In this document: positions 35,184 to 46,800 of the stretch, in pieces
How the letters are laid out: each line of letters begins with the position of its first letter
How positions within the stretch are numbered: position 1 is the first letter of the stretch
Source: Macrostomum hystrix
Lineage: Eukaryota; Animalia; Platyhelminthes
DNA: 64,000 nucleotides
Assembly (NCBI GenBank): GCA_950097015.1
Contig: CATNEN010000038.1
Span: 28,520,001-28,584,000, forward strand
Direction: 5' to 3'
The notes under the pieces: model-generated
What the model saw: the letters and a program-made list of their open reading frames with translations, nothing else
Database searches by the model: none
Told to the model about the DNA's origin: nothing
Translations under genes and position numbers: made by a program

Positions 35184-35759
35184 GTGATTATATGCATATT
35201 TGGTGTGAGGAAAGGACATGCACAATATAGACAGAATATAATCGATTATCTAGCTACAGTTATATTTCATCAGATGTCACAATGCGACTATAAGTCAGAC
35301 ACAGCATTCACATATGTCATGGCAATTCAAAGACTCAAATAAGACATACCCATGAATTTCTGATTAATTCTAATGCACAGCTTTCCCAAGTCGTACCCTT
35401 TTGGTCAATAAATAATATTAATAATAATAATAAGTTTTCCTCAAAGGATTAGTATACTTATTGCATGGGGGTCTGTGTTTGTGCCTCCTGTTAAATTGAT
35501 ATTCTTTTCCATCAGTTTAATGAATGCTGTGTCGGGTGCAGGGCTCAAAAACTTTTATAATAATACCGCATATACAGGAATATTATAATCCAGATTTTGC
35601 ATGCTTCTAAATGCAAAATGGTCTACTTAGCCTAGAGACAGCATTCTGAATAACACGGGTAGCATTCTGCCCGTGTACTTCTGTGATTTGAGTAGCAGCG
35701 TCTTAGCGAAATAAACACTTGACCAGCATGACAGCCAGTTGATCTGCTATGACAGCCAG

Positions 35760-35955
35760 AAAGTCTATCTCGCAGTATAGGTCTATCCAATCCCGTAGTA
35801 TATCTGTCCAATCTCACAGTAGATCTACCCAATCTCACAGTAGATCTATCCAATCTCACAGTAAATCTATCCAATCTCACAGTAGATCTATCCAATCTCA
35901 CAGTAGATATATCTAATCTCACAGTAGATCTATCCAATCTCACAGTAGATCTGTA
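35760..35955. repeat. 21-bp minisatellite (CTATCCAATCTCACAGTAGAT)
   Basis: About 9 units. Confidence 0.93.
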
Positions 35956-37389
35956 TTTTTTCTGTTTCTCAGTAAATCAATTAATCATTATAAATCAGTT
36001 ACTGGTTTGATTCACTGAAAATTTATAATTTCCTAATTGCTTCATAGGAAGCCCCCTTTTAGATTAAAATGCCGTCTTTCAGTTAATGTGGCTGTCTTTA
36101 ACAAAACTAGATTAATTTTTAGTATTTTCCAAGATAAACAGTTTCACCGACCAGCTTGACCTGGATGCTAATTCACAGCTTCAAGTAACTATCGAGACAA
36201 CGTAAGATTGTACTCTGACACTGTAAGAATGTTTAATTGAGTCTTTGTGAACTGATTCTTTTTAAAACTACGATTATAAAAGGCCAACTCTCACAATTAG
36301 TCAGTTGAGATGATGTTCAGGAAACGTCGTAGACGTTTCTGCTGGCTTTTTTCCTCCATATTTAATACAGGGAAAGCACAGCTGTAAGCAATTTGCTTGA
36401 ATTAGCTTCGCACAAGTCAGGAAATCGAATGAAAGCACCTTTAAAACGCCTGATTTCGATAGACTAGCCTTTTGGGGGGGCGGTAATGCATCTGAACTTG
36501 ATAAGAACAGAGCTAGAGAGGTAGAAACTGACAGATCAATAATTAATTAGATTTTAGCTAAGCCTTCGGCTTACTAATCCACCCCTTATTACTTAACTTT
36601 GATATAAAAGAAGCCACATATTCTGCTTGACTATCTTGTGGCGTGGTAAAATTATTATGAACGCATGGAAATATTTTACAGAAAAAGTATAGTTCGTTTT
36701 TTTATATTGACGCGGAAACGACTAATCACACACTAGTCGATCGTACGGAATGAAATAGGTAAAAATGTTCTGTAGATTAAAGGATGCCTGAGTACGCTTA
36801 AATACGGGACAAGTGCTATTTTTAGCTTCAAGGTCAAACGGCACGTGGTTTACTCGTGTTAGGATAAGTACTGATTCCTTAAGTACTGATTCCTTTTCTT
36901 TGAATGGGGTAGTTTTGCGGGCTATTTTTTGGCGTCATGCTATTTTAGCTTCAAGGTCACACAGCACGTGGTTTACTTGTGCTAGGATAAGTACCGCTTT
37001 CCTTTCTTTGAATGTCATTTTTGTGTTGTTTTTGCATCATTGATGAACAAGGTGAATTATCACTTCAACTTTTTCGTATATTTCTTTGTCAATAGGTTCG
37101 AATTTTGTGTTTTATGGCGTTTGATTATAGCAAAGCATAGATAGTTATATGGGATAACTTTTATTAAAGTATTATATAAAACACACTTTTTAGATGAAAT
37201 CTCAAAGCGCGTAAGAAAAGGCTGTGTTTTTTGTACTTTACAGGCAGTAGGGCAAGGTACAATTTACACAGATGACGATGCTATTAAAATTTAAAAATAT
37301 TTTCAACTGCCTCGCAGTTCGGTCTTTTCCTGATGCTTAAAAAAAGAAATCATAATTTAATCTACATTTGTGCACATTTTCAGTCAGTC

Positions 37390-37612
37390 AGGGGAATCCC
37401 CAGATGTACATTTGGGCGCTTTTTAGGGGCAGTTATTCTGGGGAATCCCCAGATGTACATTTGGTCGCTTTTTAGGGGCAGTTATTCTGGGGAATCCCCG
37501 GATGTACATTTGGTCGCTTTTTGGGGGCAGTTATTCTGGGGAATCCTCAAATGTACATTTGGTCGCTTTTTGCGAGCACTTAGTCAAGGGAATCCCAAGA
37601 CTTACATTCGGT
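37390..37612. repeat. 49-bp tandem repeat carrying kB-type GGGGAATCCCC motifs
   Basis: Motif at 37391, 37440 and 37489, with variants at 37538 and 37588. Confidence 0.92.
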
Positions 37613-37856
37613 CACAGATTCTTAGAGCTAGACTTAGACCCTTGCATAAAAATCTTTTTCTAGAAGAGAAAAGAGAAGAGACAATGTACCTCATTTTGGA
37701 GCATGCAACTCTACAACAGTTTTGCGATGTCAAAGCCCTACTGTTATTTCAGGTCAGGTATTCCATTTCAAACTTATCGCAAAAATTTCAAAATACTTTT
37801 AAAAGTTTAGTAAAAGAAGTGAATCTAAATTGGATGAATTAATCGTCTTCAATTAT

Positions 37857-40800
37857 CTACTTCTTTCCGTAGACGTCCAGAGTTCGAGCCCGATCCAGAG
37901 CCTGGCGGAAAAGTTTGTGCTCGCGCCTCTCGCGCAGCTGACAAGGCGCGAAGCCGCGCATATCCGTGAGGCCCTCAAGCTGATCGGCGGATGGCACCGG
38001 CACTGGGCAGGTGCGAGTCAGCAGCTGGATGTAGCGACTGCCATCAGGGTCAGGCAGCATGTACGCATAGTGAAGTGGGGTCAGGCCCTCCTGTAAATGC
38101 AGGGATATAAGGTGGCTTGCGTTTTGTCTAAGTAGAAAATAATCCTACGTTGTTTACTATCAGTAGAGTACAACGTACATTAAAATAATTTTCAGCCAAT
38201 ATTATGTTAGTAAGTTATAAATTTTATGAGTGAGATAGAGACCCAAACCCCAACCTCCACCTCACTCCTCAGCCCTAGTCCTCCAACCCCAATTCGCAGC
38301 CCCGGTCCCCCACCCCACTCATCAACTCTAGGCCCCCACCCCACTCCTCAGACCCAGTCCCCCGCCCCACTCCTCAGTCTAAGTCCCCAACCCACTCCGC
38401 AGCCCCAGTCCCCCCTCACTCCGATCCCCACTCCCCCCTCACCACTCATCAACTCTAGTACCCACCCACTCCTCAGCCGCTGTCCCCCGGACCACTCCTC
38501 AGACCCAGTCCCCCGCCCCACTCCTCTGCCCAAGTCCCCACCGCACTCCGCAGCCCAGTCCCCCAACCCCCTCATCAACTCTAGTACCCACCCCACTCCT
38601 CAGACCCAGACCCCCGCCCCACTCCTCTGCCCAAGTCCCCACCGCACTCCGCAGCCCCAGTCTCCCACTATTGAGCCTCAGTCCCGCCCCACTACTCAGC
38701 CGCTGTCCCCCGCACCACTCCTCAGACCCAGTCCGCTACCCCAATCCTCAACTCTAGTTCCCCGCCCCACTTCCCCGTCACAATTCTAACCGGTCAGTCA
38801 ATCAGAGTAAAAGTTTTCCAAGAAAATCAAAGAGAAGAAAACTGAATACGCCTGTTTATTTGAACTACCCTATTTTCAGTAGCTGCGCACACTCTCACAT
38901 TGTCTGCCATTGCTGCCTGTTGTGGACGCTCCGCCAGAATCCACAGAGCCATGTCGTATCGGTCGCAGGCCACCGCTCGGATCAGAGCCGTGTATCCATT
39001 GGCGTCGCGATAGTCCGCCTCATTCAGCGCCTTCATCTTCTCCATGTCGTTCTGACGGATAGCCTTGAACAACTCGCTGCAGGATTTCTGTAAGTTTGTG
39101 CGTTATAGCTTAGTGGTTGGATAGGAGAGCGTCTATCCGCACTAAAGGCTTTAGTCAAGGGGAAACTAAACGAACCTCAACCAGCTCGATGCGACTTAGA
39201 AACTGCTCCTTCACTGGGTCCTTCGAACCGCTGACTGGCCCGAAGTTAGCAGCACCGTAGAAGTTCGTGGCCAGCGTCATCAGCAGAGCTTTGGCCTGGC
39301 GTGACTTTGCCTGCTTGAACAATTCGTCAATGACGGAGTCGATTGCGTCAGCCAAATCGCGGCGGTCAAGCCTGATGGCCATCTCGCGCGGCGTGCGCAG
39401 CTCGCAGGCGAAGGGCAGCCGATCCTTCAGCAGCAGAGCGTTCTGGCCCTGCCTGGCCTGCAGGACGCGGGCAAAATGCTGCGGCCTGATGTCCGTGCGA
39501 ATCAGCCGATGAAGCATTGTGAAACCGTCCTGTTTTTTATGTGATCGAGAAGTCAATTGGGACAGGATGAGACACGGTAAAAATGTGCAACAGGATAATA
39601 ATAATAATAATTACAAATCATTTAGTGACACTAGATCCGCAGCCAGCGGAAGGCAATTATGCCCATTTCGCTGACTCCTGAGCACGTCAGACAGGCAGAC
39701 AGGTGGGACAGGATAAGACACGGCAGACAGGTGGGACAGGATAAGACACGGCAGACAGGTGGGACAGGATAAGACACGGCAGACAGGTAGGACAGGATAA
39801 GACACGGCAGACAGGTGGGACAGGATAAGACACGGCAGACTGGTGGGACAGGATAAGACACGGCAGACAGGTGGGACAGGATAAGACACGGCAGACAGGT
39901 AGGACAGGATAAGACACGGCAGACAGGTGGGACAGGATAAGACACGGCAGACAGGTAGGACAGGATAAGACACGGCAGACAGGTGGGACAGGATAAGACA
40001 CGGCAGACTGGTGGGACAGGATAAGACACGGCAGACTGGTGGGACAGGATAAGAAACGGCAGACAGGTGGGACAGGATAAGACACGGCAGACAGGTGGGA
40101 CAGGATAAGACACGGCAGACAGGTGGGACAGGATAAGACACGGCAGACAGGTGGGACAGGATAAGACACGGCAGACAGGTGGGACAGGATAAGACACGGC
40201 AGACAGGTTGGCATTTTGTACAGCGATTCGAAATTCGAATACTAGCGAAAGATGGATAAACTTTCCGTCAAAACACCCCCTCACCGGGTCTCTGGCCTCA
40301 GAGTCCACGCCGGCCTCTACGAGGGTCATCAACAGGTCGAACTGGCAAGCAGACGTGATGGCAAAGTTGGCCAGCGGCTCCCCAGCTGGGCGCAGTCCTC
40401 GCGGCGACGCCCCGGCACTGAGCAGCGCCCTGGTTAGCGCCAGATTCCGATTGCCAACAGCCAGGGAGAGCGGCGTGTGTCGTGTCTCCGGATGCCGCCT
40501 GTCCAGTCGCAGTCGCTGAGGTGGCAGCTTGCGTAGCAGCAACTTGGCACCCTCGGTGTTGTCAGCCAGAATGTTGTGCACCAGATCGAGGAACGGCGCT
40601 TCTCTCTCGATGGCGTTGGCCAGTGCAGGACAGTCGGGCGCGCCGTGGACAGTCGGATGGCCGGAGTAGAAATCCAGCGCTGTATGACCAGGCAGCAGCT
40701 GCGAGTGCGGACTCACCCAGAGGTCAAGAGCTCGAACGCCGGCTTTGTAGCTTCCGCGTCGCAGTGCTTCAGCCAGGCCGGGCGAGTAGCGCTCGAAGAT

Positions 40801-42165
40801 GCCGGTCAGAGAGTCGGCGGAGTCGGCTGGAGCGGAGTCCGCGGGGAGCTGGCCAAGGCGGTCTCGAAGCAGCGGATCGGCGCCGCAGAGCAGCAGAGCG
40901 CGGCACATCTCCGCGTGACCGCGACGCGCCGCCACGTGCAGCGGGGTCTCGCCAGCCTGCGCAGGTAGGGGCGGAGGCGATTGTTAAGGATTGCAGACCG
41001 CAGGTAAGCCGCAAACGTCTAGATAATCAACGGCTCTGACAGAAGGAACAGAGTAACGGAGCTTGCAATTACAAACCTTATTCTGTGTGTTGACATTTAT
41101 GCCCATCAGAGCCAGAGTGTAGGCTGTGACCAGAGCCTGCAGGTCCTGTGAGCCGGCGCACAGGTGTAACAGCGTGTTGCCAGCCTTGTCACTCAGAGCG
41201 TTCTCATAGATTGCCTGCTTAGCCAACTCGTGCAGCTGAAGTGTACGGCGAAGTAATTAGTGAAATTTACTCATTGTTTATACTGAGTAATAAACACGTA
41301 GTCTCGATTCATACGTGTGAGACAACTACGATGGACTAAAAGGACTTTTTAGAAATGACAAGAACAACTAAAGTAGAGGGACACAACAAAACATTCAATT
41401 GAAAATACTTTAAAGGCTATTTATATATAGCTCGTATATATCACTTTTAACTCGATTTCCCTGCGACCTTAAATGTATGACTGAGTATAGGCTAGGCCTA
41501 CGCACTAACAAACAAAACTACGTAAAGGAAAATGTCGTTTAAACTATAAGAAATACACATCGCGACACAATGCTTTAATACGTATTCATTACCTCCTGTA
41601 ATTATTTCTTTCTATTAAAACTCTTGTCTAAAAAACATTTACATCTTTGAGCCTAACGCCGAACTCACACTGCTGAGCTTTTCCTCTCGACTTTCAGCCA
41701 GCAGGAGGTCCACGAATTCTCGAAACTTTTGCGTGTCGCCGGATCTGCGCAGTTCCATCGCCCGACTAAACCGTTGGTAGTTGCCGGCCCTGGCAAGCGT
41801 CTCCACGCTGCTACCATCGTAGTCGCGATTGTGCGGAAATCCGAAGTCGAGCAACAGCGCGGCGCAGTCTTCTTCGCCGTGATGCAGCGCCAGGTAGAGC
41901 GGATCAAAGCCCTGCCGGCCCTGGCTCAGCTGGTCTCGGTGGGTCTGGTAGAGCTCGCGGTAGTCAGCTAGTAGGGTGTGCACCTCGGAGGGATTGCCGC
42001 TGAGCACAGCTTCTCGAAGCTACCAATTGGTTGAATGAATTAGAAGTGTAATTTTCGTACCAGAGTACATTTGTGTATTTAATGTATTTTCTAACACGAA
42101 ATTAATAGAATGATGGACAGAATTACCTTTTCCAGTGCGACGGCAGTTTTTGTGTCACTGGTCAT
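37857..42165 (-). CDS. Multi-ankyrin-repeat protein
   Basis: Repeats GFDPLYLAL, GNTLLHLCA, GETPLHVAARRGH, RHTPLSLAV, GFTMLHRLI, GYTALIRAV and GLTPLHYAY. Phase-0 exons: 42165-42127, 42019-41669, 41235-41077, 40956-40285, 39529-39176, 39087-38899, 38090-37857. Confidence 0.9.
38243..38778. repeat. Degenerate C-rich tandem repeat in an ankyrin-gene intron
   Basis: Repeated CCCCACTCCTCAG(A/C)CCCAGTCCCC units. Confidence 0.88.
39594..40208 (-). repeat. SINE A 3' end (39594-39685) fused to a 28-bp minisatellite (GGCAGACAGGTGGGACAGGATAAGACAC) in an ankyrin-gene intron
   Basis: The SINE tail and body run directly into about 18 tandem units. Confidence 0.93.
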
Positions 42166-43838
42166 TTGTGCTCGAACTTCGTTACTAGAAATTTAGCGAG
42201 TGTTGTCTTTAGAAACGATTTAATAATTATAAAAAGACGTAATCAATTAATCTGAAACATTTCTTTTTGTTTTCATCACAACGTAAATACATTTTTAAGT
42301 TTTAGCAAGGGACAACTTTCAACATATGCTTTCTTTGAAACCACACTGCATTGACCGGAAAGTCAATGTATATTATAAGAGTTGAAATTGTAAAAGCTTC
42401 GCTGTACCAAAAATTTCATAGTAAATGAAATAAATTTCATAGTTAAAAAGTTAAATTGCTCAATAAAAAATGATAAAACATCTAACAGGTTAAAAATGAG
42501 TAAATCATCACTTACTGAAACAGTGATAAAATAATTTTTATATTTGGTTTATTTTGCAAAATGAATTACAACAGTATGACTGTTTTTGTATGATGTTCGG
42601 TGTATAATACATAAATACAAGTTGAAATGATTTGCATGACTCGAAAATCGAAAATAATTAGGGAAAAGATTACCAAGTTAAAAAGATTGTATTTACACTA
42701 GAAATAAGCAGTAAAACAAAGTATATTATTAAAAAACACAAATTAAAGATGAATCCAAATGTAATGCTGATAACTGCGACTTTTAAACATAATGCATTTA
42801 TACTTTAATCAAAATTTAATGGTTCTTAAAGCCATAATGTATCTCTGCAAGCTCCATAGAAAATTCAGCTAATATAAACACAGAAAAAATTTAATTTCGC
42901 TTTTTCGTAAAAACGATTATCTTGTATCTAGTATTATCCTTTTTTGTTTCTGCGCAGTCATCAGCATTTTTTCCAAATCAATTAGCTTTGTAGTGTTTCA
43001 GAAGCGAAGTAATTGCAAGTTATGAGGCTCAGACTAACTAACATTAACGAAGCTTATTTATGAATATATGTTTAATAACTTTAATATTTTATTATTTAAT
43101 TTTCTAGTATTTTATTAGCCCTTTTTAGGTTTCTATCTAAAATCTGGTGGCGTAGCTACCATTATATGCTGTGATAGTATGTTTTTGTGGGATATAGTGA
43201 AGTATGCAATTAACAATTCAATTTTAATAAAAAAATTTGCTAGGTATTTTGACAGGGTTGACATGGTTTTTGGCACTAAATTTCGATCAAGTTTCTGAGC
43301 TTAACTCAAAGCTTGAAAATATTTTGCTAGGTGGCTTTAAAATTAGCTGATTGTCTGAATTTTTCGAAAGATTATAAACTAACTGGTAGAGAGTGTCTGA
43401 CAATATAAATGAATATTTAGCATTTTAAAATTGAATGATAAAATTCACCCAGACTTAATACCAATAATACATAGTTACATATAGACCTATTTCTACATTA
43501 TCATGACATATGTATACAACAATATCAATTGTACTACAATAATCTCAAATATTAAGTCTATCAAGAAAACTATCAATGGCACTTGGCTAGAAATAAAAAT
43601 AAGTCATTTCTTGAATTTCTGGCTTTGTGCAATTTATTGGGGGTGAAATTGTACAAATATAAATTGTGTTTTAATAGATGGAAATTTGGAAGCATCCATC
43701 CACTACTTTCAGTAGAGAAAAGTGCAATACTTACAAAAAGTTTATTACTACAAATCTAATGATGCTTTAAGGGATAAAAAGTTTATTTTTTTCAAAAAGC
43801 TCATTTCTTCATTTTAATATTTACATAAAAACTACAAG

Positions 43839-46800
43839 GACGCATCGACATACTACTCATTGCGCGGGGCAGATATTGCTCCCAAGTCAGCCGCCACAAG
43901 CTCCCAGTCGTCTGCATCTGCCACAGTGTCATCGGCTGCCATGGCAACGCAGGAGACATTAGAATTCGAATTCGCCGATTCTGACACCTATTCGGCGGAG
44001 ATGGCCGAGCTGTACAGCTACTCGGAGGAGCCTGAGCTAGCTGAGAACTATCGCAGCTTCAGCCGCCTCTTTGCTCAGAGGCGTCGAATCGCTGGCAGAT
44101 GGTTGGACACGGACGATGGGGAGCGTGCCGGCTTTATTCAGGGCCTTCTCGCTGCACTAGAGGTGTGCTGGGGTTCAATGGGAGATTTGAGGGGAAGGGA
44201 GAATCGAGGCTAGGGGATATATTATGGAAAGGGGCGGTTTTGTGGAGATGGGGAGATTTGAAGGAAAGGGGAGATTTGAGGAGAAGGGAGATTTGAGGAG
44301 AAGGGGAGATTTGAGGGGATGGAGGATTTGGGGGGAAGGGGGATTTGAGGAGCGGGGGGGTTTGAGGGGATGGGGGATTTGAGGGGAAGGGGTGATTTGA
44401 AGAAAGGGGAGACCGAAGAAAGAGGAGATAGGAACATTTTAGATTTAGATAATGGGAGAATAATGCAAGGGGAAATTGTGGGATGAGGTATTTCAATAAA
44501 GGATTAAACTCTGCAATGTTTAACTCCCACCGCACAATACGCAGGAGGCGCCAACGAGCTCGCATCGGTTGTCCACAGTTCGTGCCCTGCTCTATCTAGC
44601 CCAGGGTGTCTGGGCCGAGTGCCAGGTGGAGCTGGACCAGGACCGTTGGGCCCGGCACAACTGCCGCTTGCTGATTGGCCAGGGCGCGTTCTCTATTTCC
44701 TGGAATCTATTGTCCGCCGCAGCTTCCACCACTATCGCCGGCGCTGCTGAGGCAGCTCAGTTGGACGATTGCGCAGAGCTGAGGGCTCTGGTTAATCTGA
44801 TGTACACACTGGTTGAGACTGCCAGGTTTGCACCGTGTTTTTTCAAGCCATCAATTATCATAATAATTGATTACACCTGCCCCAAATGAGTCACATGTGC
44901 AGCCGACAGCACAGCCGCAGCTATTGCGCGGCGCATCTGAAGACTGCATACGGCTGTTCAGTCAATGGACCGGGGACACCCACCCTTAATTACCCCATCG
45001 GATGCTGGTACCCAATTCTACAGCGGGGTGAAAGGGCGCACATTTTTCCAGTGGAGTCGGGAATCGAACCCCCGACCTTCAATTCGTGAGTCAGACGCTC
45101 TAACCACCAAGAGAAACCTTTCAAACAATGTACTTCTGCTTTCCTCACACTAATACGAATAAAATCCGAATGCAATCCGCTGAACTCCTCAGCGCTCACC
45201 GTACACGCTCAAAAATGGGTTGTGCAACTGCCCTAACTTTCTCATCATCAGGCAGTTTGTACTCTTTGTACTCTCTAACAGCCAACCGATGTACTCACTC
45301 CAGAGCCTACCCGGATGTACCCAGCGCGAACAGTTCAGTCCGAGAGAAGCTAGTCGCTGAACTGGCGGATTCGAGTCGCACTGAGCCGCTCCCAGTTCTG
45401 TTGCTAGGCATGGTCACCAGGTACTGCGCTGGCCAATGCAGTCCTCAGTTTCCCGTCAAGAAATTGCTGCTGTTGATGTGGAAGTCCACTCTGTTGACGC
45501 TGGGCTCCATGGCTAGTTTGCACGAGCGTCGCAACGCCGAGCGCCAATTGGCCGGCCTGTCGCCAGTTGAGGAAGTGACGCAGAATATTTGCGCCTCGAT
45601 GCGGCCATGCAGTCCGCCTCCAACTGGGCTGGACTCGGTCGACTCGCAGCAGCAGCTGGTGCTTGTCATGCCCAGGCGTGGCGCCGGGAGGAAGTCCGCT
45701 TCAGCGTCGTCTGCGTCTGCTGCCGCCGCTGCTGCTGCCGCAGCCGCTGCGACTTCTAGCGCAACCGCTGCAGCTTCAGAATCTGTTGCTGCTGCTGCAG
45801 TTCCTAATGCTGCAAAATCTTTAACGGACACATTGCCTAGCTCTGAATCTAAAGCAATTGATGTTTCAGTTTCTTCTGTTACCAACGGACAAAGTATTCA
45901 GCGTCGGCGTGTGTTGCCATGGCAGCCGAAAGTTTCGCAAAGAGAACTGCAAGTGAGTCTTGAAGATTTGGGGTTAGAACATTGCTGGAACGAGTGTGCC
46001 TTGGGGGTTAGGGAACTGCGGGGACGAGTGTACATTGGGGGTTAGGGAACTGCGGGGACGAGTGTACATTGGGGGTTAGGGAACTGCGGGGACGAGTGTA
46101 CATTGAGGGTTAGGGAACTGCGGGGAAGAGTGTACATTGGGGGTTAGGGAACTGCGTGGACGAGTGTACATTGAGGGTTAGGGAACTGTAGGGACGAGTG
46201 TACATTTAGGGTTAAGGATCTGCGTGGACGAGTGTACATTGATGGTTAGGGAACTGCGTGGACGAGTGTATATTGAGCGTTATCGATTTGCGGGGACGAT
46301 TGTACATAGTCGGTTAGGAAATTAAGGGAAAGGATAAAAGAAAAACCTTTTTTTCTTGTGGTAATCGTGTGTAAACTTTGCCCTTGTAAAAAATTCACAT
46401 CAAAGACCGCCGCTATCCTATCCTTCTCTCTAACTCTCCATCCTTCAGGCCTACCTGCAACAGGTACGGGAAAAGTTCCTAGGCTTCAGAGCTGCCGCCG
46501 CCTCCGCCAACGACACGGAAAGCTTGGCTGGCCTACCGCAACCAATTCACGAGTGCGTCAGGGTGCTGAAATCGCACCTGTACACTAGCCTGACCGAGGT
46601 GCAGATAAAGCTAGAGGAAGAGATTGTTCGTTATCCCATGACCAAAGGACGATCCGAACGAGTGGATCACACTCCTGTTGAGACTCTGTACAGAACAATG
46701 CTGCCATGCGTGCCGCAGTACATGATTGCTCTGCTGAAGGTGAGACCTGAATGATGAAATTTTTTTGTAACCAAAGATAAAGCTGGCCTTCACAGTAGGA

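Noticed and set aside
32992-35225. Long ORFs (up to 579 aa) on both strands
   Set aside because: They arise from a 24-bp unit that is open in several frames at once and frameshifted at 33921 and 34762; no domain, no splice support.
35457-35467. TTATTGCATG resembling the SL exon 3' end
   Set aside because: Only 10 nt in AT-rich DNA; no donor GT or SL RNA structure follows.
38226-38789. Pro/Ser-rich 187-aa ORF, plus similar ORFs at 39611-40214, 49830-50271, 52886-53503 and 24055-24588
   Set aside because: Translations of intronic minisatellites.
46000-46320. TTAGGG as interstitial telomere
   Set aside because: Single hexamers inside a 33-bp unit, not tandem TTAGGG.
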